Below are positions 8,659-18,783 of a DNA stretch of 64,000 bases, one piece after another. A program made the translations under genes and the position numbers. The DNA is taken from the NCBI GenBank assembly GCA_021772615.1, contig JAJFLQ010000134.1, positions 2,039 to 66,038 of the forward strand, written 5' to 3'. Under the pieces are notes generated by a model, which was given only the letters and a program-made list of their open reading frames with translations, had not been told where the DNA came from and searched no databases. Position 1 is the stretch's first letter. Each line of letters starts with the position of its first letter. This DNA comes from Verrucomicrobiota bacterium. Lineage in GTDB: Bacteria > Verrucomicrobiota > Lentisphaeria > JABSQK01 > JAJFLO01.

Positions 8659-11049
8659 TTATTTGCTCTCCATATCCCAGACGCCGTCCCAGCCATCTCC
8701 GGGAGGATTCGCAGCGAAGTAGTCACACCGGGTACGATATATGTTGGGAAGTCTATCGCCGGGATTCAACTCGCTGCAGGTATCGAAACAACGCCGGGCA
8801 TCGCCCCAACACCGTTTGAGATAGTATTCGCGTCCCTGTTCAAACGACGCGATGCTGTCAGATAGATTTGGAAACGTGGTTTCATCGTGAAAATCGAGCA
8901 CGTCATACACCAGTACCGGATGGTTCTTGCCTTTGACGCGAATATAATCCGCCGGCCGGCATTGGTACGACCGATTTAATTTCCGGAACGTAAATTCGCT
9001 GATCAATATGCTGCTGCTGTAAAACTTTGTGGCACTTTCAAGTCGCGCGGCAAGATTCACCCCGTCGCCGATCATGGTGTAGTCCATTCGTTTCATCGAT
9101 CCGATATTTCCAGCCAGTATTTCCGCCGTATTGATGCCGAGTCCAATATCCAGGGGATCCTTGCCAATGCGAACACGAGCGGCGTTATGCAGCCTCAATG
9201 CACGCATCATGTCTATGGCCGCGATTACGGATCTGTCAGCGTCGTCATCGGCGGGAAACGGAATGCCGAATGCCGCCATGATGGCGTCGCCGATGTATTT
9301 ATCCAGAATGCCCTTGTTCTCGAAAATAATATCGACCATGATCGTAAAGTAGTCGTTCAGCATCGACACGGTTTCCTGGGCGCCAAGGGCTTCGCTGATT
9401 GTTGTAAAACTTCGGATATCGGAAAACAGTACCGATGCCTCCTGAATCTTTCCCCCCAGAAAATCGTCCTGCGATTCCATAAGCTGCTCGGCAACTTCTT
9501 TGGTCATGTAACGCGCCAGTGTTCCCATCAATCGCTTTTCCATCGTGATGTCTTCCAGGATGAGAAGGAGTCCCAGGCGCTCGTTCTTGACCGTCGTCAA
9601 CGGGACGACTGTCAGATTCACCTGAACCGAGTTTTTGGAATCGATGATCAGGGGAACATCCGCATTGTAGTCAGGCAGCCCGCCGGCCGCGACCCGGTTG
9701 ATGCTGTCCAGAATCCAGGAATTGCGGTTCTGAAAACAGTCGGCGGCCGTACGGCCGATTAGCTCATTCTCCGGTTGCCGAAAAAAAATCAGGGCAGCTT
9801 CGTTGCACTTGGTGATCCGATGGTCTACGTCCAGTGAAACGACGCCGTTACTGAGGCTTTTGAGAATGCTTTCGTCGTAATTCTTCAGATTGAGCACCTC
9901 TTCGAACAGCTTTTCCTTCTCTTCCAGTAAGACGACGTTGCACACCGCCACCGCAGCCTGCGAGGCCAAAGATTTAACCAGACTTTCATCGGCTGGGGAG
10001 AAGGATGTCACGGCGCCCGAGTCCGGGTCCATCGCATTCATCAACTGAATGACGCCAACGGTGATGTTGGCGTCGTTCTTCATCGGCACAACCAGCATCG
10101 ATTGGGATCGATAACCATGTAGTTCGTCGAACTTCTTGGGCCCGGTAAAGTCGAACAGCGCGGAGTGATAGACGTCGGCGATGTTGACGCAGTCGCCTTT
10201 GATAGCCACGTAGGCAGAAACGTTGGTTTCCGCAAGCTCGACGGGAGCGAATGTGATTGCATCACCGGACTCCCCGCCCATGTGGATGTCGAGGCTGTCG
10301 TTCTGGATGATCACGAATTCGAGAGCCTGATCTTTCAGCAAATACAAGGTGCCGGCATCGGCGTTGGTGATGTTGCGGGCATTGGAAAGGATTAATTCCA
10401 GAAGCTTTCCGAAATTGGATTCTGCCGACAGGGCGGTACCGATATGAGTCATCTTGTCGACGACGCTTTCAAGTCGCGCATTTACCTGTACGATTTCACG
10501 GGTACGTTCAGTTACCTTGGCTTCCAGCGACTCATTGAGTTTGAACACCGCCGAAACCAGATCGTAAGACCTCAGGGACGCAACGACCGCCGTAAAGAGT
10601 TTCTGTTTGGTCAGCTCGGTCTTGGACTTATAATCATTGATGTCATAGTCAATGATGATGCTTTCCTCGGGGGCGATGCCGGGCTGCCCGGTTCGTAGGA
10701 TGATTCGCACCTGATCGTTACGCAAGATCTCACGGACATGCCGAATCACGTCCAAGCCGGAATGGTCGTGTTCCATGACGACGTCCAGCAGCATCAGGGC
10801 AATATCGGGATTCGCTTCGACCACGGCTTTCGCTTCGGCGCCCGAGTAGGCGTCGAGGAACTGCAATCGCCGATCGAGGTATTCGAATTTGCGCAAAGCC
10901 AGGTGGGTAACGTTGTGAACCTCCGGTTCATCGTCTACGATCAACACTTTCCACGGAATCGTGGACACGTCCTGGACGTTGGTGTCTTCATCCTGGAAAA
11001 AAATATCTTCGTCTTCGCCCACATCAGTAACGGAATTCACGACATCCAC
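8659..11049 (-). CDS. multidomain signalling protein: REC - DUF3369-like - GAF - PAS - class III adenylate/guanylate cyclase
   Basis: N-terminal ~190 aa paralogous to 7614..8615; C-terminal cyclase motifs FSDIRSFTTISE...YIGDAIMAAFG...GINTAEILAGNIGS..YTMIGDGVNLAARLES. Confidence 0.85.
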   Translation of the reverse strand: MDVVNSVTDVGEDEDIFFQDEDTNVQDVSTIPWKVLIVDDEPEVHNVTHLALRKFEYLDRRLQFLDAYSGAEAKAVVEANPDIALMLLDVVMEHDHSGLDVIRHVREILRNDQVRIILRTGQPGIAPEESIIIDYDINDYKSKTELTKQKLFTAVVASLRSYDLVSAVFKLNESLEAKVTERTREIVQVNARLESVVDKMTHIGTALSAESNFGKLLELILSNARNITNADAGTLYLLKDQALEFVIIQNDSLDIHMGGESGDAITFAPVELAETNVSAYVAIKGDCVNIADVYHSALFDFTGPKKFDELHGYRSQSMLVVPMKNDANITVGVIQLMNAMDPDSGAVTSFSPADESLVKSLASQAAVAVCNVVLLEEKEKLFEEVLNLKNYDESILKSLSNGVVSLDVDHRITKCNEAALIFFRQPENELIGRTAADCFQNRNSWILDSINRVAAGGLPDYNADVPLIIDSKNSVQVNLTVVPLTTVKNERLGLLLILEDITMEKRLMGTLARYMTKEVAEQLMESQDDFLGGKIQEASVLFSDIRSFTTISEALGAQETVSMLNDYFTIMVDIIFENKGILDKYIGDAIMAAFGIPFPADDDADRSVIAAIDMMRALRLHNAARVRIGKDPLDIGLGINTAEILAGNIGSMKRMDYTMIGDGVNLAARLESATKFYSSSILISEFTFRKLNRSYQCRPADYIRVKGKNHPVLVYDVLDFHDETTFPNLSDSIASFEQGREYYLKRCWGDARRCFDTCSELNPGDRLPNIYRTRCDYFAANPPGDGWDGVWDMESK

Positions 11050-11194
11050 TCCCGGAAAACAGCTCCAACCTACGGAAAAGCACTAACCCAAACAATACCC
11101 AGTAAACCTACGTTTACCAAACATTGATCGGCGAATCGGGCTATTTGAGATCGTCTTCAACCGGCAAGCGAAATCCGGGTAGGCGTTCGTTGCA

Positions 11195-11875
11195 CTACGT
11201 CGCGGACAACAGCCCGTCTTCGAGCTGTAACGTACGATTGGCATATTGCGTGAGTGCAGGCTGATGCGTCACCATCAGGATCGTCTTACCCGCGGTATCC
11301 CTAAGGCCTGCCAGAATGCGCATGATATCCTCGCCGCTGCGTTGATCGAGGTTGCCGGTGGGCTCGTCTGCGAGGATGAGATCGGGGTCGTTGACGAGGG
11401 CGCGCGCAATCGCGACACGCTGTTGTTCGCCGCCTGACAATTCGTGGGGATGGTGGTGGAGCCGATGATCCATCCCCAGCTTGGTAAGTAAATCGAGTGC
11501 ATGCCGACGGAGATCCGCCATGCGACTCTTGTTCAGTCGTCCCGGCAGCATGACATTTTCGATGACATCGAGGTCCGGCAGCAGCAGATACGACTGAAAC
11601 ACAAAGCCTATACGGCGGCGGCGCAGCCGGGCGCGGGCAAGACCTCGCATGCCCGACACATTCTCGCCAAAGCAGGAAATGTTGCCGGAGCTGGGTTCGT
11701 CCAACGTTCCGGCGAGCCGCAGCAATGTCGTCTTGCCGCAACCGGACTTACCCGTGAGCATCACCCAGGAACCGGGCTCGACTATAAGATCCACGCCGCG
11801 CAGCACATGAATCGTCTGGGCCTTGTGCTGGTATGATTTTCGTAGCGCCTGAATATGTAATGCCGGCAGGGTCAT
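11195..11875 (-). CDS. lolD: ABC transporter ATP-binding protein, LolD/FtsE-like
   Basis: Walker [10 protein letters not shown]; signature [15 protein letters not shown]; Walker [13 protein letters not shown]. Confidence 0.75.
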   Translation of the reverse strand: MTLPALHIQALRKSYQHKAQTIHVLRGVDLIVEPGSWVMLTGKSGCGKTTLLRLAGTLDEPSSGNISCFGENVSGMRGLARARLRRRRIGFVFQSYLLLPDLDVIENVMLPGRLNKSRMADLRRHALDLLTKLGMDHRLHHHPHELSGGEQQRVAIARALVNDPDLILADEPTGNLDQRSGEDIMRILAGLRDTAGKTILMVTHQPALTQYANRTLQLEDGLLSAT

Positions 11876-11883
11876 TTATGTAC

Positions 11884-13161
11884 CTATACTTCGTTATGCA
11901 GCGCCCGCGCAGGTGTAAGCGATGCCGCGTAGATAGCCGGCATGAGTGCACCAAGAACGCAGATGATCATCGCGCTTCCAGTAATGATCAGCACGTCGGA
12001 GGTTTGTACCAGGGCAGGTATCTGGCTGAGATGGTAGAGGTCTTTGGGAAATATTTCAGTACCTGTGACAGTCGCCAGAATGCCGGCTATTGCATTGCGC
12101 CGGTCCACAACAGCGAGACCCAGGGCGACTCCCAGGATGGTCCCCGTCACACCGACGACTGAACCTTTTAGCACAAAAATACCCATAATCGTGAATGGCG
12201 TGGCGCCAAGCGCCTTGAGTATGCCGATCTCTCGTGTCTTCTGTATGACGACGGTGATCAACGTCGCCGCTATGCCAAACGCAGCGACGATCATAATAAA
12301 GATCAGGAGAAAAAACATCAGGTTCTTTTCCACCTGCAGTGCACCGAACAGGCGTTTGTTCGAATGCTGCCATGTTACCGGAAACAACGCCTTGAGATCA
12401 GGGTGTTCACGGATCTTGGCGACCGCGGGATCGAGGTCGAAAGGGTCATCGGCGCAGACCTGGATACTGGTTGCAACACCCCACTCTAGCCCGAATAATT
12501 CATCCGCCTTGTCGAGGTGAAGCACGATAATTTCCGAGTCGTATTCAAACATTCCGAGCGAGAACACTCCGGCAACTGTGACCTCTTCGGGCACGTAAAC
12601 CTCGCTTGAGGACGATTCCACCATGGCGCCGTCCTCGCCGAATTGCACCATTCGGTTCAGTTTCTCGGGTGAGTGAATCAGGAACCGATCGCCAATGTCG
12701 AGGCCGCATTGGAAGGCCAGTTCTTTACCGATCAGGACCTCGTCTTCTGCAATGTCAAATGTGCCGCCGACCATACTGCGGTGAATATCTGTAACATGCT
12801 TCTCAAGGTCGGGTACGATCCCTTTCACGTACTTGGCAAGAATCCGTTGCGACGTCTGGATAAGCACTGGCCCGTCTACGACCGGTGCGGCGCGCACGCC
12901 GATATCGTTCAGTGCGGTCAGTGCAGCGTCTGTATCTGCGATCGGCCGGCCCATGTGCGGACGCAACTGGATGTGTGCCTGCATGCCGAGTATTTTTTCG
13001 CGTATGTCACGATTAAAACCGGCCATGACGGCGAGGACAATAATCAAAACTGCCACACCCAGAATCGGGCCAAGAACAGACAGGAACGTAATTACAGAGA
13101 GCAGCGACCGTTTCGGTTTCAGATACCGTAGCGCCAGAAACGCGCTTGCATTGCGCATCAT
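11884..13161 (-). CDS. LolC/E-family ABC permease (MacB-like periplasmic core + FtsX domain)
   Basis: N-terminal LALRYLKPKRSLLSVITFLSVLGPILGVAV typical of LolC/E; four TM segments with large periplasmic loop; 425 aa. Confidence 0.7.
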   Translation of the reverse strand: MMRNASAFLALRYLKPKRSLLSVITFLSVLGPILGVAVLIIVLAVMAGFNRDIREKILGMQAHIQLRPHMGRPIADTDAALTALNDIGVRAAPVVDGPVLIQTSQRILAKYVKGIVPDLEKHVTDIHRSMVGGTFDIAEDEVLIGKELAFQCGLDIGDRFLIHSPEKLNRMVQFGEDGAMVESSSSEVYVPEEVTVAGVFSLGMFEYDSEIIVLHLDKADELFGLEWGVATSIQVCADDPFDLDPAVAKIREHPDLKALFPVTWQHSNKRLFGALQVEKNLMFFLLIFIMIVAAFGIAATLITVVIQKTREIGILKALGATPFTIMGIFVLKGSVVGVTGTILGVALGLAVVDRRNAIAGILATVTGTEIFPKDLYHLSQIPALVQTSDVLIITGSAMIICVLGALMPAIYAASLTPARALHNEV

Positions 13162-13163
13162 GG

Positions 13164-14531
13164 TCAGGTCCGCAGTTGTCGGGAGAGCTGCCCGACCGCA
13201 TGCCGGAAGGTCTCGTCGACCTGCATTTTCTTCTCTATTTTGCCTACCGCGTGCAGGATCGTCGCATGGTTGCGATTGAACGCGTCGCCGATTGCAGGGA
13301 AGGAAAAATTGGTGAGATTACGCGACAGGTACATAGCGACCATACGCGGCATGGCGATATTCTGCGGCCGCTTCTTCGATGTCATATCAGCGACTCTGAT
13401 GTCATAATACTCCGCCACACGTCGCTGAATGGCCTCGATCGAGAGGAGTTTGCTGGATTCGCTTTCGAATTTATCCACAAGCAGTTCCTCTGCGCGATCA
13501 ATGGTCATCGTTGAACCGAATGCGGAAATATTCATGATCAGCTTGGTAAGGGCGCTCTCGAGATTGCGGATGTTTGAGCGAATACGCTTTGCGATGAGAA
13601 ACAGGATATCGTCGCTGAACTTGATACTTTGCTTTTCCTGCTTCTTCTTCAATATCGCGACCCGTGTCTCAAGATCCGGCGGAAGGATCTCTGCCGACAA
13701 TCCCCACTCGAAGCGGGATACCAGACGTTGCTCCAGGCCGCTCATGTCCTGTGGATTCCGATCGGACGCGACCACGATCTGTTTGTGCGTGTTGTGCATT
13801 GTGTTGAACGTGTGAAAAAATTCCTCTGACGAACCGACCTTTCCTTCGAAAAACTGCACGTCGTCAATGATCAACACATCCAGGCTGCGAAGCCGCCGCC
13901 GAAAAGCCGGAAGCGATTTCTTCTGCATCGCCTCTACGTAAAGATTTACGAACTCTTCACTGGTGAGGTATCTGATACGCGCACACTTGCTTCGACGGAT
14001 GACATCATTGGCGATCGCCTGCAGCAGGTGTGTCTTGCCGAGACCGACGCCACCGTAAACAAATAGCGGATTGTAGGCCTTCCCGGGATCCTTGCTTACG
14101 GCGATCGCAGCGGCGTGGCAGATGCGATTGTTGTTGCCAATGACAAAGGTATCGAAGGAAAAGTCCGGCCGGTATGTAAAAATGGCATCTTCATCGGCAC
14201 TGCGCGGCTTGCGACGGTCTGGTTGGGGCTGCGTCTCGATAGTCGGAGCCACGGCTGATGAAATATCCGCTGCAGCGCGCGTGTGGCCGGATTCGAAAAG
14301 GACTGTGATGCTGGTGCCGAGCACCGCAGACAATACCTCGGCAATGATCGTCTTGTAGTTTGAGTCCAGCCACAACGCCACGAAATCATTTAGAACACCA
14401 AGCGTGAACGCATCGCTTTCCATGTCGAGTGACAGCGGTACGACACCGACCAGATATCGGTTATACGTGTCGGCATCCAGCTTTGCGATAAGCTCCGTCT
14501 GGACCGACGCCCATACCGTTTCACAATTCAT
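13164..14531 (-). CDS. dnaA: chromosomal replication initiator DnaA
   Basis: AAA+ Walker A GGVGLGKTHLL, Walker B IIDDVQFF, C-terminal DnaA-box-binding domain ..LTNFSFPAIGDAFNRNHATILHA; start set at ATG 14531 with GGAGAT RBS (the ORF also allows GTG at 14558). Confidence 0.9.
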   Translation of the reverse strand: MNCETVWASVQTELIAKLDADTYNRYLVGVVPLSLDMESDAFTLGVLNDFVALWLDSNYKTIIAEVLSAVLGTSITVLFESGHTRAAADISSAVAPTIETQPQPDRRKPRSADEDAIFTYRPDFSFDTFVIGNNNRICHAAAIAVSKDPGKAYNPLFVYGGVGLGKTHLLQAIANDVIRRSKCARIRYLTSEEFVNLYVEAMQKKSLPAFRRRLRSLDVLIIDDVQFFEGKVGSSEEFFHTFNTMHNTHKQIVVASDRNPQDMSGLEQRLVSRFEWGLSAEILPPDLETRVAILKKKQEKQSIKFSDDILFLIAKRIRSNIRNLESALTKLIMNISAFGSTMTIDRAEELLVDKFESESSKLLSIEAIQRRVAEYYDIRVADMTSKKRPQNIAMPRMVAMYLSRNLTNFSFPAIGDAFNRNHATILHAVGKIEKKMQVDETFRHAVGQLSRQLRT

Positions 14532-14558
14532 ATTTCTATCTCCATACACCCATGGCAC

Positions 14559-14760
14559 TTAGGTAGTAACTAACATACTATTAACAAGTTATTAACAGGG
14601 GTACCTTCTTGTTCTCCTGATTCAGCTGCGCCAATCTAACAAAGTATAAAAAGCATATCAAGCCAAAAAATATTAATAAAACATTCATATTTCGCGCCGC
14701 ATTTTATAACTCATTCGGGTGAGATTATATAGCCATTTTTCCAAGCCGAATTTTTATCAC
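14559..14760. promoter_or_regulatory. putative oriC / dnaA upstream region (AT-rich unwinding-element candidate)
   Basis: AT-rich stretch directly upstream of dnaA (ttattaacaagttattaaca, aaagtataaaaagcatatcaagccaaaaaatattaataaaacattcatattt) in an otherwise GC-rich window; only degenerate DnaA-box-like words (tttttatcac) seen. Confidence 0.3.
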
Positions 14761-15089
14761 CGTAGCGCGATCAATGGACCGCGTGCGGGCTCGGAACATG
14801 TACCGCAAAACGGAATCGCGGCAGGATCCCGACGGATCTGTTCGGCTGTTTCCTGGGCCCCTTGACGTGCCGGCATATCCCGCCTCATCGCAACGCATTA
14901 TGTGGCATCCTGTCGGCGTGGCAGGCACGCGCTCGCAACAGAGCGTCAGGCGATCTCTTCAATCGCAGAACGTCGATAACCCATTGCACTGCGGTATGCT
15001 AGGAAGCCCCGCGACAAGGTCGCGCGGAGAGTTCGGGCGAAGGCGTTGTCGGCGCGGAAAAACGACGGGCGCAGGTGAATGCCGGAGCG

Positions 15090-16034
15090 TTATTTCGCGA
15101 GAAAAGCACCGGCCTTGTTCGCAGACCAGGTGTCGAGATCCCAGAAGTCGACGATATTGCCATCCGACAACGCGTAAATTCGAGGCGGCGCGTTTCCGAT
15201 ATAGTCAAAAAAATGCATTTCGTCGGGGATGATGTAAGGGAAGTTGGTGTTGGTTTCGAGAAAGAAATCTGCAACAAGGGCTTCGTCGCCATAGAATACG
15301 AAATAGATATTGGCCGAAGCTCGTTCGGCGAGTATCCCGAGTTCTCCAGCCACTTCTTTGCAGTGATCGCATTCCAAACTCAGAAAGGCGGCGAGACATC
15401 GCCCGTTTGTGAAGGTGATGTCGGAGCCGACCGGTACACTTGCATTGAAGATCGCAAATCGGCTCTTATTTGCGACAAGCCGCGGTGCGTCGGCATCAGA
15501 TGCGGCAGGCGACACGTCCTTCTGCCCGATCACACGGACGGGGTAAGCGATACAAATCGCCGTGATAATGAGTGCTAGCATCCCACCGGGAACCCACCAT
15601 CGCCCGGGCGGATCTGCCTTCGAAAAACGATAGGCCAAAGCGATCATGCCGAGAATCACGAGGTTCTTTACGATGGACTCGACGGGCGTCATTTGTATCA
15701 GATCCCCGAAACACCCGCAATCCGTATTATCCGTAAACAGAGCCAGGTAGCCGAGGTAACCGGTAAAAAAGATGGTAATGCTGAATGTCGACGGCAGAAA
15801 GATCCGGCGGGAATACCACGGCAGCAGCAAGCACAGCCCGAGCCACAACTCAATGATAACCAGGGCCCGTGCGCCGTATGCAGCAACCATTCGGTTTTCG
15901 ACCAGTTTCTGCTGAATGATAGTGATTTCGAATTGACCGAGCGATGCCAATTTTGATACCGCCGAGAAAATGAATATGAGGGCGACTAAGACCTTGAATG
16001 CCCACGCGCATCTGGACTTGTTGGAAGCTGACAT
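15090..16034 (-). CDS. membrane protein: MauE/DoxX-like TM domain fused to thioredoxin-like CxxC domain
   Basis: four N-terminal TM helices; C-terminal soluble domain with ECDHCKE CxxC motif and thioredoxin-like spacing. Confidence 0.4.
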   Translation of the reverse strand: MSASNKSRCAWAFKVLVALIFIFSAVSKLASLGQFEITIIQQKLVENRMVAAYGARALVIIELWLGLCLLLPWYSRRIFLPSTFSITIFFTGYLGYLALFTDNTDCGCFGDLIQMTPVESIVKNLVILGMIALAYRFSKADPPGRWWVPGGMLALIITAICIAYPVRVIGQKDVSPAASDADAPRLVANKSRFAIFNASVPVGSDITFTNGRCLAAFLSLECDHCKEVAGELGILAERASANIYFVFYGDEALVADFFLETNTNFPYIIPDEMHFFDYIGNAPPRIYALSDGNIVDFWDLDTWSANKAGAFLAK

Positions 16035-16356
16035 GTGTTATACTCGAAAATTGTGTGGATGGACAATTAACATTGAAAACTGATTCATGAGACACCGGCC
16101 GTTTTCAGGAGTGGCGGATACAGACGTATTTTTCTGCTAAAAAAAAATTACACGGGGAACAATTCGGTTGTTGTTATTTCCGGAATCCGCGCTAGTGTGT
16201 GATTTACCAGTTGGTTACGTGGTAAAAAGCTTACTCTTCCAACAACATGAATATGGACATCGCCGAAGACGGCGAGACGTGAAAAACACCCCTTGATGTC
16301 GCGGCATACACTTGTCCCCGACTCCTGGAATACATTCGAACGATGGAGATTTTTTG

Positions 16357-17265
16357 ATGTCGGGACCCAAGAAAACCGTGCAGGCGCCACTCGCCGCCTC
16401 AAAGACAGTGACGCTGGAGGCGACGGTGATCGAACACCTTAATAAATTTCGGCCTCATTACAAGCAGGCCGGCATCGGAATCGCATGTGTCGCGGCGTTG
16501 GGAATATGCCTGGCGCTGGTAGCGGCCGGAAAGCGCAACAAGATTGCTGACGCCTATGCGCTGCTGCGTGAAGCCACGTCGCTGGACCTGATGGCAACGG
16601 ACCTCAGTGCCGAACAGCGGACGACGCGGGAGGCAGAAAAGCGCGAGAAACTCGATACGGTGATAAGTGACTATGCATCGACGCCTGCAGCGGTTGACGC
16701 TAAATTTCAATTGGCAAAGCTGGCGTTCGATGCTGGAGCATACAGTCAGGCAGCCGAGGCGTTCAAGTCCTTTTATACCGAGTATCCCGACACACCACCT
16801 TTAACGACGATGGCGTATTTCGGCGAGGCCAACAGCTTCATGAGTCAGAACGATTTTACGGGCGCTATCAGTAAATTTCAGGCGCTCGCCGCCAATGAAA
16901 AGCTGCAGAAGCGCGATCCGCAAGCGGTCCAGCAGGCCAAATACCAGATCGCGCTTGCGGGTTTCGTGAGCGGCAATTACGATCAAGCAAAATCTGTGCT
17001 TACAGAGATTCTACCTTCGACTACCAACGAGCAGTTGACCGAAAAAGTACAGTCGCTCCTTGGAAAGTTAAAAATCATCCCGCCGGAGGATGTGAAGTTG
17101 GCACTGAACAAGGCGACATCACGTAGTGCTCAGGGCATAACGGTTGGGTCCGCAGTCCCAGCCGCCGCCCCGGCCCCGGTATCCACCACCGAACCGAAGA
17201 GCGAAGGCAGTGCTTCGGGAGAAACGGAAGGCAGCGGCACTGCCGAGGGCAGCACGACGAAGTGA
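16357..17265 (+). CDS. TPR-repeat protein with N-terminal membrane anchor and Ala/Pro/Ser/Gly/Glu-rich low-complexity tail
   Basis: ORF 16312..17265 trimmed to ATG with GGAGA RBS; TM helix IGIACVAALGICLALVAAG; TPR-like AYSQAAEAFKSFYTEYPD..., C-terminal ..PAAAPAPVSTTEPKSEGSASGETEGSGTAEGSTTK. Confidence 0.5.
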   Translation: MSGPKKTVQAPLAASKTVTLEATVIEHLNKFRPHYKQAGIGIACVAALGICLALVAAGKRNKIADAYALLREATSLDLMATDLSAEQRTTREAEKREKLDTVISDYASTPAAVDAKFQLAKLAFDAGAYSQAAEAFKSFYTEYPDTPPLTTMAYFGEANSFMSQNDFTGAISKFQALAANEKLQKRDPQAVQQAKYQIALAGFVSGNYDQAKSVLTEILPSTTNEQLTEKVQSLLGKLKIIPPEDVKLALNKATSRSAQGITVGSAVPAAAPAPVSTTEPKSEGSASGETEGSGTAEGSTTK

Positions 17266-17417
17266 CCACTGCTGCGAGGTTGATTCAATCCCACCTTTGG
17301 TCTTGATTATCCGATCCCAAGCTCATCGTTACCCGCACGTACTTCGCAGGGCATAGCGGTGATTACTCTGAGTTCCGAACCTGCCTGCCGACGTTCGTTT
17401 CGACGCCGAACCGGACC

Positions 17418-18770
17418 TCAAAGGCCTGCCGCAGCCGGCACGGTTGGCGGCGATGCATATGGCAACGGGGCAACCGTATCCACGGGCCCCCAACGGCGCG
17501 TGAACGGCCAGTACACAAAGACAGCGCGTCCAATGATGTTGCGGCGTGGCACGACTCCCCAGTAACGGCTATCCTGACTGTTCTCGCTATTGTCGCCGAG
17601 CAGAAAATATTCATCCTCGTCGAGCGTGAACGTATCCCCTTCCTCACATAGAAATTGACAACTTTCATGTTGCGGATTGCTGTAGCCGCGGTAGCCGCCG
17701 TGGAAACTATAAATGCGATCAAACGCCTTGTGAAATCCCGCGTCGACGAGAGCGAATTGCTGCTCGCCCGGTCGTTTCACATACAACCTGCGCCCGGCGA
17801 TGCGCAGCTCATCCTTTGGTAGTCCGACGAGGCGCTTGATGTAAAATCGACCGCGCAACGCCTGCCCGTTCTTGTCTCGGATACCGTCGGTCGTGAATAC
17901 GGTAACATCGCCGCGTTTTGGCTCGACGAAATTCAGCGATACCCGGTCGACAAACAAGTGGTCGCCCAATTCGAGGTAGCCCCGCGCCAATGTCTCTCCA
18001 CGGCGGAAGAAATTCGATCCGTGCTGCCGCGAGTTGATACCGGTATAATCCAGAACCTTGCCCGGTTCTCCCGGCAACTTGTACTCCGTGTCGCCTATTT
18101 TCAGTTTGGTGTAAGGAAAGAAAAAGAAGGGATTGTGTCGCGACAGCGACGTTACGGCACCGTCCTGTTCTATCTCCGCATCAACGTAACGCCACGAGTG
18201 ATTTACATAGCGGTGCAGCCGTTGCAGCGGGTTGATATACGCCGCGGCATCATCATGCTCAAAATTTATACCGTTCAGCGTCGGCTGCATGCTCCCGGTA
18301 GGAATCTTGAATGGTTGAAGAAACAACGCACGAGCGCCCATCACTACGCCAAATACGACGATCAACAGTTCAAGCCACTCTTTTACAAAGCCAAGATTAC
18401 CCGGAACCGACGTCTTATGCAGGGCCTTTACATCCTCATTGAGGTCATGGATTTCCTTGTCCACTTCTTCGAGGTCGTTGCGGTCGCGCACGCCGACAAG
18501 CAGCGCGGAAATCTGCTCCTGCATCGTCTCGACTCGCGCGACCTGCTTCGGGGTGAGAATATCACGATCCCAACAACGGCGATGTTCAATCTGTCGCCGA
18601 AGTATCTTCAATTCCTTGATCCGCTTGCCGGGACGCATATAGAAACGTTCGACGAGTCCGAAGCTGGGCAGGCGCAACGTGAGCCACAGAGATTCCAGTA
18701 TCTCAAGCGACAGCCGGACGACAAAGACGATAAGGAAAAGATCAAACAATACGATCGCAAATTGTGTCAT
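17418..18770 (-). CDS. lepB: signal peptidase I (S26) with long N-terminal extension
   Basis: box B IPTGSMQPTL, box D/E GDHLFVDRVS..YFLLGDNSENSQDSRYWG; immediately downstream of lepA. Confidence 0.85.
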   Translation of the reverse strand: MTQFAIVLFDLFLIVFVVRLSLEILESLWLTLRLPSFGLVERFYMRPGKRIKELKILRRQIEHRRCWDRDILTPKQVARVETMQEQISALLVGVRDRNDLEEVDKEIHDLNEDVKALHKTSVPGNLGFVKEWLELLIVVFGVVMGARALFLQPFKIPTGSMQPTLNGINFEHDDAAAYINPLQRLHRYVNHSWRYVDAEIEQDGAVTSLSRHNPFFFFPYTKLKIGDTEYKLPGEPGKVLDYTGINSRQHGSNFFRRGETLARGYLELGDHLFVDRVSLNFVEPKRGDVTVFTTDGIRDKNGQALRGRFYIKRLVGLPKDELRIAGRRLYVKRPGEQQFALVDAGFHKAFDRIYSFHGGYRGYSNPQHESCQFLCEEGDTFTLDEDEYFLLGDNSENSQDSRYWGVVPRRNIIGRAVFVYWPFTRRWGPVDTVAPLPYASPPTVPAAAGL

Positions 18771-18783
18771 ACGGTACGTCCGT

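Noticed and set aside
8616-8726. First 37 codons of ORF 7614..8726
   Set aside because: It would overlap the 3' end of the upstream paralog by 68 bp. The internal Met (MHGDTGR) gives a non-overlapping gene and the REC domain starts later anyway.
9187-9762. 191-aa plus-strand ORF (likewise 17958..18836, 21051..21705, 22022..22618, 10738..11127)
   Set aside because: Antisense to well-supported minus-strand genes (cyclase, lepB, response regulator, PAS kinase). No motifs, and the composition is Arg/His-rich as expected for a GC-rich antisense frame.
14774-15232. 152-aa ORF upstream of dnaA
   Set aside because: It lies in the putative oriC/promoter region. It has an Arg-rich, low-complexity translation, no RBS, and overlaps an equally poor minus-strand ORF.
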